64,000 nt of DNA from an uncultured Nitrososphaeraceae archaeon (GCA_963837175.1 CAWIMJ010000034.1:96001-160000); one strand, 5' to 3'. Counted from the first letter of the stretch, positions 1 to 11,989 are shown. Made by a program: numbers and translations. Notes: generated from the letters alone by a model not told the origin.

Positions 1-526
1 TATACCTCAAATTAACAAACATATGCCGAAAAGATAAACATGAGCTTCTAAGAAAATGAATATGTTAATGGCACAGCAAACTCACCGCTCTATTAAACCA
101 TCACTATTAAAAAGACTGAAATGGACTGGTTTTCAGGAAAAACTCAACTGTCCACATCTTATGAATATAAGATAAGAGTATAATAAAGAACAACCTGAAA
201 GCATTAAGTGAGTTTGAATTACCTTTAATTTTAAAGAGTGACTTGTTTCCAGAAGTAGGAAACCTTGCTATGATTAGAAACTATAACATGGACATTAATA
301 ACACTTCTTCTGATTATTCAAATTTAAGCGTAAAAGATGGAGAGACTTGGGCGGGATATGAAGACGGGAACTTGATTAATGATTCAAGCCTTGGTAGGGC
401 AAAGGTCCCGGGTTCAAATGTTACAACATCCCATGTCAATGCACCAACATCTTACATCCAATAACGAAAATAATTCTTATGCTGGAACGTTATTAGGTTT
501 CAAACAGTCTTAAATAGGCAGCAGGT

Positions 527-565
527 GAACCCTTTTACATGCAGGGACCGAATCCCACCGAACCC
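527..565 (+). repeat. att-like repeat: hairpin arm plus tRNA-3'-end-like motif (AATCCCACCGAACCC class)
   Basis: GAACCCTTTTACATGCAGGGACCGAATCCCACCGAACCC; near-copy at 7341-7378, and the 3' part recurs at 10681 and 10940. Confidence 0.6.
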
Positions 566-653
566 CTGCAAATTTTATCCCTTCACAAATAAATAGTGAC
601 ATGAGCAAGCTATAAAACAAATACTTATTATATTTCATAAATACAGAGGTATT

Positions 654-1381
654 GGCTGTGTTAAGTTAAGACTGATCACCTCAATAATCTAATCATTGTA
701 GTGAATTTGGTATATCTAATTGCAGCATTTTGCATAAACATAAACAAGCATGTCCATTTGTATACATGATATATCTTACAACCATGTATCTGCAAGGATA
801 ATAGTCATCATCAAAACATTCTATTCTGTCCTTGAAGTACTGAATAGATTTTTCAATGATGCTTTTTTTAAACGATGAATGCAATCTGTGCTCAAGACCA
901 AGAGAAGAAATGCCTCTGGGTTCCATGATCCTCCATCTGAGTATACACTATATGCTTACCATAGATTTTGACTAATGACTTCAGGAATGATTCTGCTACT
1001 ATCATATTTCTGTATCGTGAAAGGTAAACTCCTAGAATCAAACTATGAATAGTTTCAATTGCAATCCATAACCATGCGTTATTATTTCCTATTTGGATCA
1101 TGGTTTCATCTATAAGAGAAAAGCAGTAACTCTTGTTTTTCTAGAATAGGCTATTTTTGAATTGGATTGTTGTTATACCCAATTCCATACTGAAACATGA
1201 CTCCTTTTTATAATTCTTGATGATAATGCTCTAGATGCATTTCTAAATGAAAGACGTTCTAGAAAGTACAAGTATAAACCATAAGCGATATCTTCAAAAG
1301 ATGTCCTATTTCTTATACAAGATATCAAGTCAAAGAATACAATGTATTTCGCTATAGATTTTTCCTTAAGTTAACAGAGTC
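654..1381 (-). mobile_element. IS6-family element with frameshifted transposase
   Basis: ORF pieces with WLWIAIE, VAESFLKSLVKIYGKH, KSIIEKSIQYFKDRIECFDDYYPC; imperfect TIRs GGCTGTGTTAAGTTAAG (654) and CTTAAGTTAACAGAGTC (to 1381). Confidence 0.85.
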
Positions 1382-1433
1382 CCCGTTAAAATATTATAGA
1401 TGAAATGCAATTTATATTGATAGAGTAGTTTCT

Positions 1434-3362
1434 TTGTCTTTACAAGTAACAAAAATCAAAGGAATACCAATTCGCTTACATTTTACTTTAATTATAGGCT
1501 TTTTTCTAATAGCTTGGACACTTGCCGCAAGATTAATGCCTGAAATCTATCCTAGCCTAACTAGAGAAGAATATTGGATTATAGGTATTTTGGGTGCTGG
1601 TATCTTGTTTATTTCTGTACTTTTACATGAATTAGCTCATTCAATAGTGGCATTAAAGTATGGACTTAAAGTACACCAGATAATACTTTTTATTTTTGGA
1701 GGAGTATCTGATATTGAAGAACAAGGAGAATCTTCAAAGGATTTTCGCAAAGAATTTAAAACTGCTGTTGTAGGTCCTATAACAAGCTTTGTTATTGCAG
1801 GAATATTGGCATTAGCATGGTGGATATTATTAATATTATCATCATCAGCTCAAACTGGATTCACTACTACTGATGCAATAAAAAGTATTGCTGAAGCTGT
1901 ACTTAGATATGGTGCATTAACAAATACACTTCTTGGAGGGTTTAACCTTATACCAGCATTTCCATTAGATGGTGGTAGAATATTACGTTCTGCTCTAGTG
2001 AGGTGGAAAAGAGACTATGATCAATCTACAAAAATAGCAGTAAGAATTGGAATAGCCATATCTTATGGGTTTATAGCATTTGGTTTCATTACAATGTTTT
2101 CAGTCTCATTTGTTAGTGGAATGTGGATAATGTTTATAGGTTGGTTCTTAAATAGTGGTGCACAATCCTATTTATCGCAACATGAACTATCCACTACATT
2201 ATCTGGGGTACGTTTAAGAGATATCATGAATACAAGATTTATTTCGGTAAAGCCAGATATAACAGTAAATGATCTATTAAATAATTATTTTAATGCATAT
2301 AGAAAAAGTGAATTTCCAGTAGTAGATGAGAAACATGGGAGTAATTTGCTTGGTGCAGTCACAGCTAAACAAGCCATAAATGTAGTACCAGAACACGATA
2401 GAGATAGGATAAGAGTAGAGGAAATAATGATTCCTAAAAGCAAGCTTATTGTTATGAAATCCAACAGAACAGCTGACGAAGCTTTAAGAAGAGTTTTTAG
2501 AGAAAATAAGAGTAGAGTATTTGTTTATGATGATGAGGAGGAGGAAGACCATATAGAGAAAAGAGGAGGAGGACTAATAGGAGAAAAAGAAGAAGAAAAA
2601 CTAGAGGTAAAAGAACAAGAAAGACAAAGACAAAAGCTAGTCGGATTAATCAGCAAAACAGACTTACTTAATATTGTAAGAGAAAGAGAAGAATACGAGA
2701 AAGAAGTTAAGAGAGTTAGCAGTAGTAATATTGAAGAAAGGAGAACTTCTTTTTCTTCCTCTTTCTTATTATCTACCCATAAGTTTAACATAGTATCAAG
2801 ACAGCGATTGCTATTTTTAGTATTTGGTATGATTCTGTTTATAATTGCTTATTCTGTTGGTGCCATACTAGTAAAGATAAATAGCACTGAAGCAGAAATC
2901 ATGAAAAAACATTTTCAAGAGCAAATTAAAGGAATTAATAAGTACAAGATTTTTGTAAATAATTTTAGAGTCACATTAGGAATGTTTATTCCCGGATTTG
3001 GTATTGCATTAGGTATATTTTCTGCTTTTTCAACTGGATTGGTATTTAATGCTATATCACATACTTCCCCCATTATACCCCATATTTCTCCACTAATAGT
3101 TTTTCTAACACCATTTGGAATTTTAGAAATTATTGCATATGGTATTGCAATATCAAGAAGTGGCATAATATCTTATCAATTAATTAAAGATACCAATAAA
3201 AGAAAATCATGGCAAAAATATGTTATTCCCACCATTATTGAGATTGTAGTAGTATTGGTTATATTATTAATTGGAGCCATAATAGAATGGCAAATGGCAC
3301 AGCAATTTGGAATACTTGGAAAGTATAGTAGTAGAAGTAATATAGATATTAGAGGGCTTTAA
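1434..3362 (+). CDS. M50 site-2 protease with CBS domains, fused to a C-terminal SpoIIM-like membrane domain
   Basis: HELAH zinc motif, NLIPAFPLDGGR, CBS pair (VRLRDIMNT...), charged linker, then IFVNN...PFGILEIIAYGIAISRS typical of SpoIIM/DUF95. Confidence 0.85.
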   Translation: MSLQVTKIKGIPIRLHFTLIIGFFLIAWTLAARLMPEIYPSLTREEYWIIGILGAGILFISVLLHELAHSIVALKYGLKVHQIILFIFGGVSDIEEQGESSKDFRKEFKTAVVGPITSFVIAGILALAWWILLILSSSAQTGFTTTDAIKSIAEAVLRYGALTNTLLGGFNLIPAFPLDGGRILRSALVRWKRDYDQSTKIAVRIGIAISYGFIAFGFITMFSVSFVSGMWIMFIGWFLNSGAQSYLSQHELSTTLSGVRLRDIMNTRFISVKPDITVNDLLNNYFNAYRKSEFPVVDEKHGSNLLGAVTAKQAINVVPEHDRDRIRVEEIMIPKSKLIVMKSNRTADEALRRVFRENKSRVFVYDDEEEEDHIEKRGGGLIGEKEEEKLEVKEQERQRQKLVGLISKTDLLNIVREREEYEKEVKRVSSSNIEERRTSFSSSFLLSTHKFNIVSRQRLLFLVFGMILFIIAYSVGAILVKINSTEAEIMKKHFQEQIKGINKYKIFVNNFRVTLGMFIPGFGIALGIFSAFSTGLVFNAISHTSPIIPHISPLIVFLTPFGILEIIAYGIAISRSGIISYQLIKDTNKRKSWQKYVIPTIIEIVVVLVILLIGAIIEWQMAQQFGILGKYSSRSNIDIRGL

Positions 3363-3770
3363 ATATAATGATTCTAATTATAACAGATCAAATTAATTCC
3401 ATTTTCTAAGAACGTATCTATCGGATTTATTTTAAGATAAATGAATTAAAGGTTGTTATTATTATACAATGCTATAATTGGCTAATAAATTACTGCATTT
3501 AATCGTGTTTACATATAAGCAAGTATTTGCAATTGACTTATCTCCCAGTTATAATGCATCAAATCCTGTTCTTGTCTGGCAATCTTTAACTGGGCCTAAT
3601 ATGATGTCAAATTTAGTTCACATACCTCTGGTATGAACTTTCATTTTATTTGGAATCCTATCAGTTATAACTTTACATGGCTGATAGAATGTGGAAAGAA
3701 GTAAAGGTTATCTTTAACTTCTTATATTAATAATGAATATGTCGAATCCTAAAAAAGGGATTCGAACTGA

Positions 3771-3795
3771 GGGTGCAAATCCCGCCCAGTCCACT
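3771..3795 (+). repeat. tRNA-3'-end-like att motif (AATCCCGCCCAGTCCAC class)
   Basis: GGGTGCAAATCCCGCCCAGTCCACT resembles a T-arm plus acceptor 3' strand; 18 nt identical at 44782-44799 and a shorter match at 6542; no 5' tRNA half upstream. Confidence 0.6.
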
Positions 3796-3890
3796 CATCG
3801 ATCGCGATGGCGATAATCGGAGATTTGACGCATAAATTTGAACGAATTGTTACCAAAAACAATATTCATGTAATGTACAAAGATCATAAT

Positions 3891-3985
3891 TTGTTAACAA
3901 AAATGCTAACAAAAAGTTGCAAAAAGACCTTTTTATGTTAACAATTGCGATCTTGTGTTAACACAAGTAGATTTCTTGTTAACAA
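3891..3985. promoter_or_regulatory. Phased array of TGTTAACA palindromes (candidate protein-binding sites)
   Basis: Copies centred at about 3895, 3939, 3959 (perfect 16-mer CTTGTGTTAACACAAG) and 3980. Confidence 0.5.
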
Positions 3986-4059
3986 TAGTTGGCTCGATGA
4001 TCTGATTAATATTAGCGTAAAAATAATAATGTTCAGTGAAACTTTTCCTGTTTTATTCT

Positions 4060-4251
4060 TTATTTAACTTTCCAAAATAATCTGTATCTTCCTACCTTTT
4101 TCCACTTTATATTTTTCTTTGTATTTGCTAGCTCTAGCAGCGCTCCCTGAACAGTCTTCTGATTCAGATTAATTTTATCAGCAATTTCATTAGGTGTCTG
4201 TGGCTCATCCTTTAGAACATTATACACTTTCTTTAAAGTTTCTTCAGACAT
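4060..4251 (-). CDS. Small winged-HTH DNA-binding protein
   Basis: PQTPNEIADKINLNQKTVQGALLEL helix-turn-helix plus wing (KKVGRYRLFW); divergent from the integrase-like ORF. Confidence 0.75.
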   Translation of the reverse strand: MSEETLKKVYNVLKDEPQTPNEIADKINLNQKTVQGALLELANTKKNIKWKKVGRYRLFWKVK

Positions 4252-4304
4252 TATTCTAATAAGACATCCAAGGCCTTGTTATATAATACTTATCATCCAT
4301 ACTG

Positions 4305-4871
4305 ATGATCAGTAATGCTTATATTATCTACTTATGCATAGTACTGATGATGAGTATTATTAAAATAAATGAGCAAAATAATAATTTAAGCATCAAACAA
4401 ACAGAAGTAAAAAATCAGGTTATCTATTGGAAAACAGTAGGTGTTAGGATAAGGTCACAGGACCTACCTATACTTAATCAAAGACTCAGACTATATGGTT
4501 TTGAGACATTAGGTCAGTTGGTCAGCGATTTCCTAACTACTAAATTTCCACCAATTACAGAGGATAGACAAATTCAAGCAATGGATAGCAATACACAAAG
4601 TAACGGTCTAAAAACATTAGTCACTTCTGGTTCATTCGAACCAACCTTTTACAAAAATGTAACCTTGGATGATATGCTCAAATATCTTTTAACTATTCGA
4701 AAGCTTGACCACAAACATGTAAAGGACCTAGTGAGTTACTTTAGACGTTTCCGAGATCTATTCTTTGGACCTCAGCCTGAGGAGATCCTCAAATTCAACC
4801 CACCTAAAAGAGGATGGATTATACAAGCTAGCTTTAACTATAAAACATTGGAACATAACGCTAAGAAATAG
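4305..4871 (+). pseudogene. Probable N-terminal part of an archaeal tyrosine integrase (RHH-like start), truncated
   Basis: KTVGVRIR...LGQLVSDFL start, helical core-binding-like region, no catalytic R-H-R-Y domain; next to an att-like motif and an HTH gene. Confidence 0.45.
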
Positions 4872-5277
4872 AATTATGTTTAAAATTAAATCCATCTCTC
4901 TTGATGCTCTTATAGATAATAGTCTTTAGTATGATATTATTTTCATAACTAGAGAGTATTAAAGGCAATACTGTATAAACATCTGAGTTTTGCAGAATTG
5001 ATAACGACTTGATTACAATTTGTAGAAGTGGGAAAAATAAGCATTAGTCTATGGTGATTGCTAGCATTTGCCAGAACCGGCCAATTTTGTAAAAAATGTC
5101 ACATCTACCTGATGTAACAGGTTATTAGTCTTTTTCTTGCAGAAGATTCTTATTATGTTTAGTACTACTACAATATATTATAATGATACTTCATAATAGA
5201 ACAAGTGGAGTTACTAGAGTCACTCCGGCGCGACTCTGCAGCAACCATTACCAACAGTCTTTGAGAGGCGTGCAGCG

Positions 5278-6282
5278 ATGACAAAAAAATGGAACTGCCC
5301 TATCTGTGAAATATCCTCAAACAGACATTGGAACATGCAGCGTCATATTTCCAGGCTACATGGAGGAATGGGTGAACCTGTTAGACATGAGACGACGCAA
5401 TATTATACAGATATGAATCCACACAATTTTTGTTTTCCTTTTGATTATTCGCATCATGTACCCTCATCCTCTCTTCGGAAAGAGAGAACAGACAAAAAGT
5501 TCTCAGATGTGCTCGAAGACCAAATTCTACAGCCACTTCGTAAAATACTAGAATACAAGAATCTAATCAGTCAACTTTCCACTATACAGCCAAAACGACA
5601 AAGGATCGCGCCAGTTGGCGGTGTCTATACTAATATTCCATCTACGACTTTTGACAGTGATGAATCTAACAATAACTTATCGGAACATTTTAGATTTGAG
5701 GATGATGATGGTTTAGAGAAAGTTGGATATAGAGGTCATGTATGTAAAAAGTGTTCAATTATTAGCATTGATACTATATTTCACCAGAACGATGGAGAAA
5801 GTGGACAACTTGAAACGAAACATACCTGTAATTCGAAAATATTATCCGATATTCAACGACATCCTGGTAAAGACAACATAATCACTAAACAGCACGAGAA
5901 ATTACACGAGTTAATGAAGAAAAAAGTGAACTCATGGACTAATAATTCCGCTTATTTGGTAGCTGTTGAAATGCCACCAAACGCCGTTGTGAACAATAGT
6001 TTTGAGATAACTCCGACCGATGATAGCCATTGGGCCACACGAGCAATCAAGGATAAACAAACTATTCTCAATGATGAAGAGTTATCAGATTTCTTGGATA
6101 AAGCACGAGATTCTACATATGCTTCTTTTAAAGTCATTTCACCGTCTTCGCAGCAACAACAAGAATCCACAACCTGCCACTATTTAATGATAATTACTGA
6201 TAATAAAATCGATCTTTCATTTGAACTAGTATTTCAATACATAGCAGATCACAATAATGTACTATCCAATCATAAAGAGTAA
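5278..6282 (+). CDS. C2H2 zinc-finger-containing hypothetical protein (lineage-type family)
   Basis: WNCPICEISSNRHWNMQRHISRLH; second CKKC...HTC cluster; paralog at 54654-55619. Confidence 0.75.
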   Translation: MTKKWNCPICEISSNRHWNMQRHISRLHGGMGEPVRHETTQYYTDMNPHNFCFPFDYSHHVPSSSLRKERTDKKFSDVLEDQILQPLRKILEYKNLISQLSTIQPKRQRIAPVGGVYTNIPSTTFDSDESNNNLSEHFRFEDDDGLEKVGYRGHVCKKCSIISIDTIFHQNDGESGQLETKHTCNSKILSDIQRHPGKDNIITKQHEKLHELMKKKVNSWTNNSAYLVAVEMPPNAVVNNSFEITPTDDSHWATRAIKDKQTILNDEELSDFLDKARDSTYASFKVISPSSQQQQESTTCHYLMIITDNKIDLSFELVFQYIADHNNVLSNHKE

Positions 6283-6616
6283 CAACGTAATATTTGAAAT
6301 CACATTAAATTTATTCAATAAATGCAGAATCGTTTATCTTCAGATAATTTTTCAAAGCAAATAGAGAAATTACCAGATAAGGAACATTCCTAATTTATTT
6401 GCAAAATAGATATTAAAACTTGTGATAATTATGCTGATTATTATTGATAGTAGTCGATAATTTTTACTCATACTTATTCATACATATGCTAATTTAGAGA
6501 TATTTATTGTGCTCAAATATTTTCTTATTGAAATGAAAGCAGCCCAGTCCACTAACTAGACGGGTTCACATAACACAATGAATAATATACAAATGCCATT
6601 TGAGGAATTGAAATAA

Positions 6617-6935
6617 ATGCCAGTTAGATTGTCTACTACAACAGTTACTAGAATTGCTTTGTTACCTAATTCTACTAATGCAGCATTGATGACTGAATTT
6701 TATTAGATATGAAAAATAATGATACATCAGAAAGTCATACCAATAACAGTTTGAAAACAAATACGGCATTTGTTCAATTTCTTGGCCCGGATGTTACCTT
6801 TTATGATGTTAAAAGAAAAGAGCAGATTACGGCATTTTTGGATACAAAGATAAAAAGCCTAGATGAAGATCCTGATAGAAAATCGATTACGACGTGGAAT
6901 GATTATCTCAATGATATCAAGTATTTTTTCAGGTG
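6617..6935 (+). pseudogene. Tyrosine integrase N-terminal fragment
   Basis: MPVRLSTTTVTRIALLPNSTNAALMTEFY, frameshift, MKNNDTSESHTNNSLK...DPDRKSITTWNDYLNDIKYFFR; preceded by an att-like motif at 6542; paralogous stub at 20789. Confidence 0.65.
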
Positions 6936-7340
6936 CAACATGATCGTTCTTGATAACAAGATTGCTTTGGTAGTCTTGCCTAGCGATTTCAAGCTGCTTT
7001 TGTTTTTCATTCCATTTGTTAGTAGCATATGGAATGACAACACCTGAAATTGCAGCACCTATAATGGGGAGAATAAGTGGATGGGAAAGTAATTCCAGTC
7101 AAATACAAAGCATTAGGTAGTTTAGATTCATTTTATACATATTGAAGAACAACTATTAATTAGGCCTTCTAGGCAACGGATACCCCGGAGATAGATTATC
7201 ATACCCTTCTATGGTTCTTCTGGGTTGCAAAATTAGATCATATTTGATGTGCATTCCAGCTCATAGTAATCTGGTCTATCTTAGAAACTGGTTAACCCAT
7301 ACCAGATAAAAGAAAAGCTAAATAAGAACAAAACAACAGG

Positions 7341-7378
7341 ACCCTTATACATGCGGGGACCTAATCCCACCGAACCCG
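7341..7378 (+). repeat. att-like repeat (hairpin arm plus AATCCCACCGAACCCG)
   Basis: Near-identical to 527-565. Confidence 0.6.
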
Positions 7379-7549
7379 TGAATTAATTTGTATTGCCATT
7401 ACTATCCATTACTATCCTACTTCTAATCCTACATCCATCATTACCAATCATCGAAATTCCAAAAACGTACGATCAAATTGCTGCCTACAGAAAAGAAGAA
7501 CCAGAAATTAGGTAATCATTATTGTTTTATCCTTATTAATTAATTAATT

Positions 7550-8728
7550 GAGGCTTGGGCATAATTCCAGGTTCATCATTTTAACAATATCTATTGATCA
7601 TTGTCTATTTAGCTAGCCTTTGGATGTCTGATGTTCTAGTGAGAAACAACGAAACAAGTCCAAAGACTAGACTATGGTAGATCAGAATCTATCCTTATTA
7701 GCATTTTGTACCTGATAGATCGCATATCATGGCCTACTTTCAAAAGAAGGAACAGCCGTGGGAGGCCATATGTTTATTCACAGACTGTAATCATGAAGTG
7801 CTTTATAGTTAGAATATGGTTTAGACTGGATTCTAACAATGCATTACATGAATTCTTGGAAATGGATTATCCGTACAATAAGAAGATAATGAAAGCATGT
7901 GGCCTAACACAGATACCAGACAGGTGTACGTTTGACAGACGTCTAAGAACGATATCTACAGATATAAAAGAAAGAATAGTTGTCATGACAAATCATTTCA
8001 TATATGAAGGAATGATAGACCCATACATTGTTGCAATAGATAGTACTTTACTCAAGGCCAAAGGACATATCTGGCACAAATCATCTATGAAAAAAGATAT
8101 AGTACCACGTTCTGGAATTGATACTGATGCAAGATGGGGATTCAGCCATACCAAGGGTTGGATATTTGGTTACAAACTCCATTTGATATCAAGTACTGGA
8201 CCTATTATAGTACCATTAGCAGCAGATTTTACAACTGCTAATGTACAGGATAATCAATTGTATAATCCAATGACTGCCCTATCATCTTCTCTAATCACAG
8301 AAGAAACATGTTTCATGATAGGTGATTCTGGGTATGACAATCAAAAACTATATGATCTTAGCATCAATAGAGGATTTGAACTAGTGTGTCCAGTACAAAG
8401 ATATGAACATACTTCGACTAAAAGACTACACCTTATAGAATTCTATGAATCTGAATTAGGACAGGCCATTTATTCTTGGAGAAGCAAATCGATAGAACCA
8501 TTAATAGAACATCTAAAACAGGTATTTAGAATATATCCATTACTTATAAGAGGATATCACAAGGCTGCTGGACTAGTACCTCTTATCAGTACTTCTATAC
8601 CAGGTACTTGTCTATTACAATCTTAAAATGACAAGAAAACAACCAAAAGCAATCAAACATCTATTGTGTAGTTAATCTGACAATAAATGAATGATGAAAA
8701 TTATAACATCGAATTATGCCCAAGTCTC
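7550..8728 (+). mobile_element. IS5/IS982-like DDE insertion sequence; transposase (7706-8626) damaged at both ends
   Basis: TIRs GAGGCTTGGGCATAATTC and GAATTATGCCCAAGTCTC (17/18 match); 8-bp flanking repeat AATTAATT; motifs AIDSTLL, DTDARWG...GYKLH, GDSGYD, SIEPLIE. Confidence 0.9.
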
Positions 8729-8889
8729 AATTAATTAAAACATCTATCACAGCTCAATAGACTTGATATAATATAAATTTGATAAATATCGCTAAATTTT
8801 GAATATATTTATCTTTTCTCCAAAGAAAGGGAAAGTCTTGAGATTTTTCATATATGAATCTATAAGTATTAGATTAATATAATTTGTAA

Positions 8890-10533
8890 ATGTTGTTCTT
8901 CTACAAAGCTGCAGATAAGACCAAGATATTGCATCGTGCTCAAGTAATAAACGCGATAGTAGATGTTTTCTATAATGCAAAACATAGAGTAGATGTTTGT
9001 GGAAATTCTAAATTTCCGTCATTGATATTTTCATTTGAACCAATAAGGAAGGCAATTATTGCTTCTAAAAATAAAGGCATAAGACAAAGATACATAATTG
9101 AAATTACAAAAGAAAATATCAAATATTGTAAAGAGCTAATGCAATTAGTTGATGATCTTCGTCACTCAGATCAAATTGAAGCTAACTTTGGATTAAATGA
9201 GATAGAATATTTAGGGGCTGTAAGTTTGCAAGAAGAACGATTACAAGCTACTTATTGTAACATAAAGGAAGTCATAGAACAGCAACACTACATTTTTGAT
9301 AATCTTTGGAATAAATCAATAGTTGCAAACGAAAAAATAAGAGAAATTGAAGAGGGGATAGAATCAGAATTTTATGAAATTATCACTGATAATGAAAAAG
9401 CAAAGAACATATTTATTGATCTTGCAAAGTCAATAGAGAAGGAAGCTCTGTTACTCTTTGCAAATAGCCAAGCTCTAATTAGGTCAGATAAATTAGGGAT
9501 TATTAATTATCTGATAGAATCATCGGCCAAAACAGGGGCAATGAAAGGTGCAACAATCAGAATTATCTGTCCATTAACTGTAGAGAATACACATGTAATA
9601 AACCAAATAAAGGAGAATGCACCTGATATTAGAATTCTTAACAGCGAAGGTTCTCATTCGGGACTATTTATAGTAGATAGTTCAAGGTTTATGAGATTTG
9701 AGCTTAAAGAACCAAGAGCTGAAGAGTTTTCAGAAGCTATTGGATTTGTTCTATACTCAAACAGTAAAGTTGGTATAGATTCCTCCAAGGCATTTTTTGA
9801 ACTACTTTGGAATGAGCGTATTCAATATGAAAAACTAAGGGAATATGAGAGACTAAAAGAGATACAAAAGATGAAAGATGAATTTATTAATGTGGCAGCC
9901 CATGAATTACGAACTCCTATTCAGCCTATACTTGGTTTGTCTGAAGTTCTTTACGCTAAAATAAAAGATACCGAGCAACGTCAATTACTAGATACCATCA
10001 CAAGAAATGCAAAAAGACTGCAAAGGCTTACAGATGACATACTAGATGTTACAAAAATAGAAAGCCAATCACTAAAACTAAGCAAAGAAAGGTTTAATCT
10101 AAATGATTTGATATCAAATATTATAGATGGCTATAGAAATTATATTGAAAAAGACAAGGTACAGGTAAAATTATTGTATGAGCCTAATAACAAAGATAAT
10201 ATATATGTAGAAGCAGATAGAGGAAGGCTCATTCAAGTTATTTCAAACTTACTAGGTAATGCTATCAAATTTACCAAAGAAGGAACTATATGTATTATTA
10301 CAGAAGACAAAGATAATCAAGTAGTTGTTAGTGTAAAGGATACAGGTACCGGAATACATCCAGAAATACTTCCAAGACTATTCTCAAAGTTTGTTACAAA
10401 ATCTTTTCAAGGTACAGGACTAGGATTGTTTATTTGCAAAAGCATAGTAGAAGCTCATGGTGGCAAGATATGGGCTGAGAATAACTCAGATAGAAAAGGT
10501 GCGATGTTTGCATTTAGTCTACCGATCAATTAA
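8890..10533 (+). CDS. Cytoplasmic sensor histidine kinase
   Basis: H-box AAHELRTPIQP, N-box NLLGNAIKFT, G1 DTGTGI, G2 GTGLGL; duplicated N-terminal sensor module. Confidence 0.95.
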   Translation: MLFFYKAADKTKILHRAQVINAIVDVFYNAKHRVDVCGNSKFPSLIFSFEPIRKAIIASKNKGIRQRYIIEITKENIKYCKELMQLVDDLRHSDQIEANFGLNEIEYLGAVSLQEERLQATYCNIKEVIEQQHYIFDNLWNKSIVANEKIREIEEGIESEFYEIITDNEKAKNIFIDLAKSIEKEALLLFANSQALIRSDKLGIINYLIESSAKTGAMKGATIRIICPLTVENTHVINQIKENAPDIRILNSEGSHSGLFIVDSSRFMRFELKEPRAEEFSEAIGFVLYSNSKVGIDSSKAFFELLWNERIQYEKLREYERLKEIQKMKDEFINVAAHELRTPIQPILGLSEVLYAKIKDTEQRQLLDTITRNAKRLQRLTDDILDVTKIESQSLKLSKERFNLNDLISNIIDGYRNYIEKDKVQVKLLYEPNNKDNIYVEADRGRLIQVISNLLGNAIKFTKEGTICIITEDKDNQVVVSVKDTGTGIHPEILPRLFSKFVTKSFQGTGLGLFICKSIVEAHGGKIWAENNSDRKGAMFAFSLPIN

Positions 10534-10657
10534 TGAATAACAGAAATTCTCCATCATTTGTAAAATGATATAATATATATTCTGGGTATTTATTTCTCCG
10601 TCCTCCGTCTCTGTATTCTGGAAATGCATTTCTATAACTAAATGTATCCTGAGTGAT

Positions 10658-10696
10658 AAAATAAAGTCAATTCTGTACTGCATCCCACCGAACCCG
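10658..10696 (+). repeat. att-like repeat (GTCAATTCTGT...CATCCCACCGAACCCG)
   Basis: Similar to 13854-13892 and 20454-20485; 3' part matches 550-565. Confidence 0.55.
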
Positions 10697-10935
10697 TAAA
10701 TTAGGTTCTATAGTGATTATACTATAGTGATTTCATCTAAAAGTGAAGATGATTATAAATCAAAACCTCCAAAGAATAGAGGAGAAGTATACGCACAAAA
10801 ACAACAAAGAATTGCAGAAGAAATAAACAAGTAAGATTCCGCATTAGCATCAATCATTAGAATCATTCTAAGCCTTATGCTACTCTTAGACTAAACCCTT
10901 TTACATTGCGCATTTAGATTACATACACTAGTGTA

Positions 10936-11090
10936 TTGCATCTCACCGAATCCGCTAACTATACTGGTTCTTATATGCTGAGTATAGAATAATTATTGCT
11001 GGTATACTGAAGAAAGTAGTAATTAAAAGATGGCAATGAATCTGTCCACAACATTAAGTTATATTACAACTGTACCTAATTCTACAATCT
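10936..11090 (+). pseudogene. att-like motif, leader and 5' stub of an integrase (MAMNLSTTLSYITTVPN)
   Basis: About 150 bp homologous to 13873-14140; lacks the MITE present in that copy. Confidence 0.6.
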
Positions 11091-11989
11091 CTGATTTCAG
11101 CTTATAGTGATAGGAAGTAGAAAAGATTATGATGCAAAAATATTGCTTGGATTTAGATAACAGCAATATTAATTTTTAGTCATCAATATGTTACATATGC
11201 TTTTCTATTTTGTGAATAATAGGAAAAAGATATGATGCATTGCAAATAATATATTAGTTTTCTATTTTCCTAAATTGTTATTTTGGTTTTCTATATGTTA
11301 TTGAAAAAATAATCCTGCTAGAATGGAGGGCTTTAATTGTCGCTAATAGTTAGTAGATGTTTGTTTGTAATCTTCTAATAGTGTCTGCTTAATCGTTTCA
11401 ACTAAATTGCTGTTCTCTTCTTTATCAGATAATTCACTATTATTATTTTCTGTATCAATTCCAAGAGTATCCAATTCGTTTAGCCACCAGCCCTCCTTTT
11501 CAGCATGTTCTTCGTAGAAGTTATTCTCTTGCATTCAAATACTTCTTTTGCAAAGTATAAAAAAGGTTCTTTCAGGCAAGAGTATAGGTATGACCATGGA
11601 TTATCTAACCAAATCGAATATAAATAAATGCTTTTGGTAGGTTTTATACTAAAATCATAATAATAGAAAAGTTATTCTTCATTTCTTTGCAAAGTTACCT
11701 TCATTTCTGGAATTATCGAATTCTATTACATAAATGATGAAAAAATGGCAAGGAAGTCGTGGGAGTTTTACTTTTAAAAATACTAAAGAAAATATTACTA
11801 TAGAATATATAAAGCCCAACACATTAAAATATGGACTAGAGTGACTTTATAGTCCGAATTATTTCTAATCCTGAAATTGATCAATGTAATAAGCAAGCAA
11901 ACATCAAACAGAGAATATCCATTGAATTAGAAGCCTTAATAGACCATTCTCTGCTAAAATATACAAAAATAATGACATTAGTTCAGACC

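Noticed and set aside
2525-3166. Minus-strand ORFs 2525-2791 and 2915-3166, and similar shadow ORFs (5952, 13464, 17067, 19136, 23057, 30495, 32645, 36974, 57883, 62270)
   Set aside because: Antisense shadows of well-supported genes.
3721-3800. Possible full tRNA gene
   Set aside because: Only the T-arm and acceptor 3' strand are tRNA-like; I cannot fold a 5' acceptor strand, D-arm or anticodon arm upstream.
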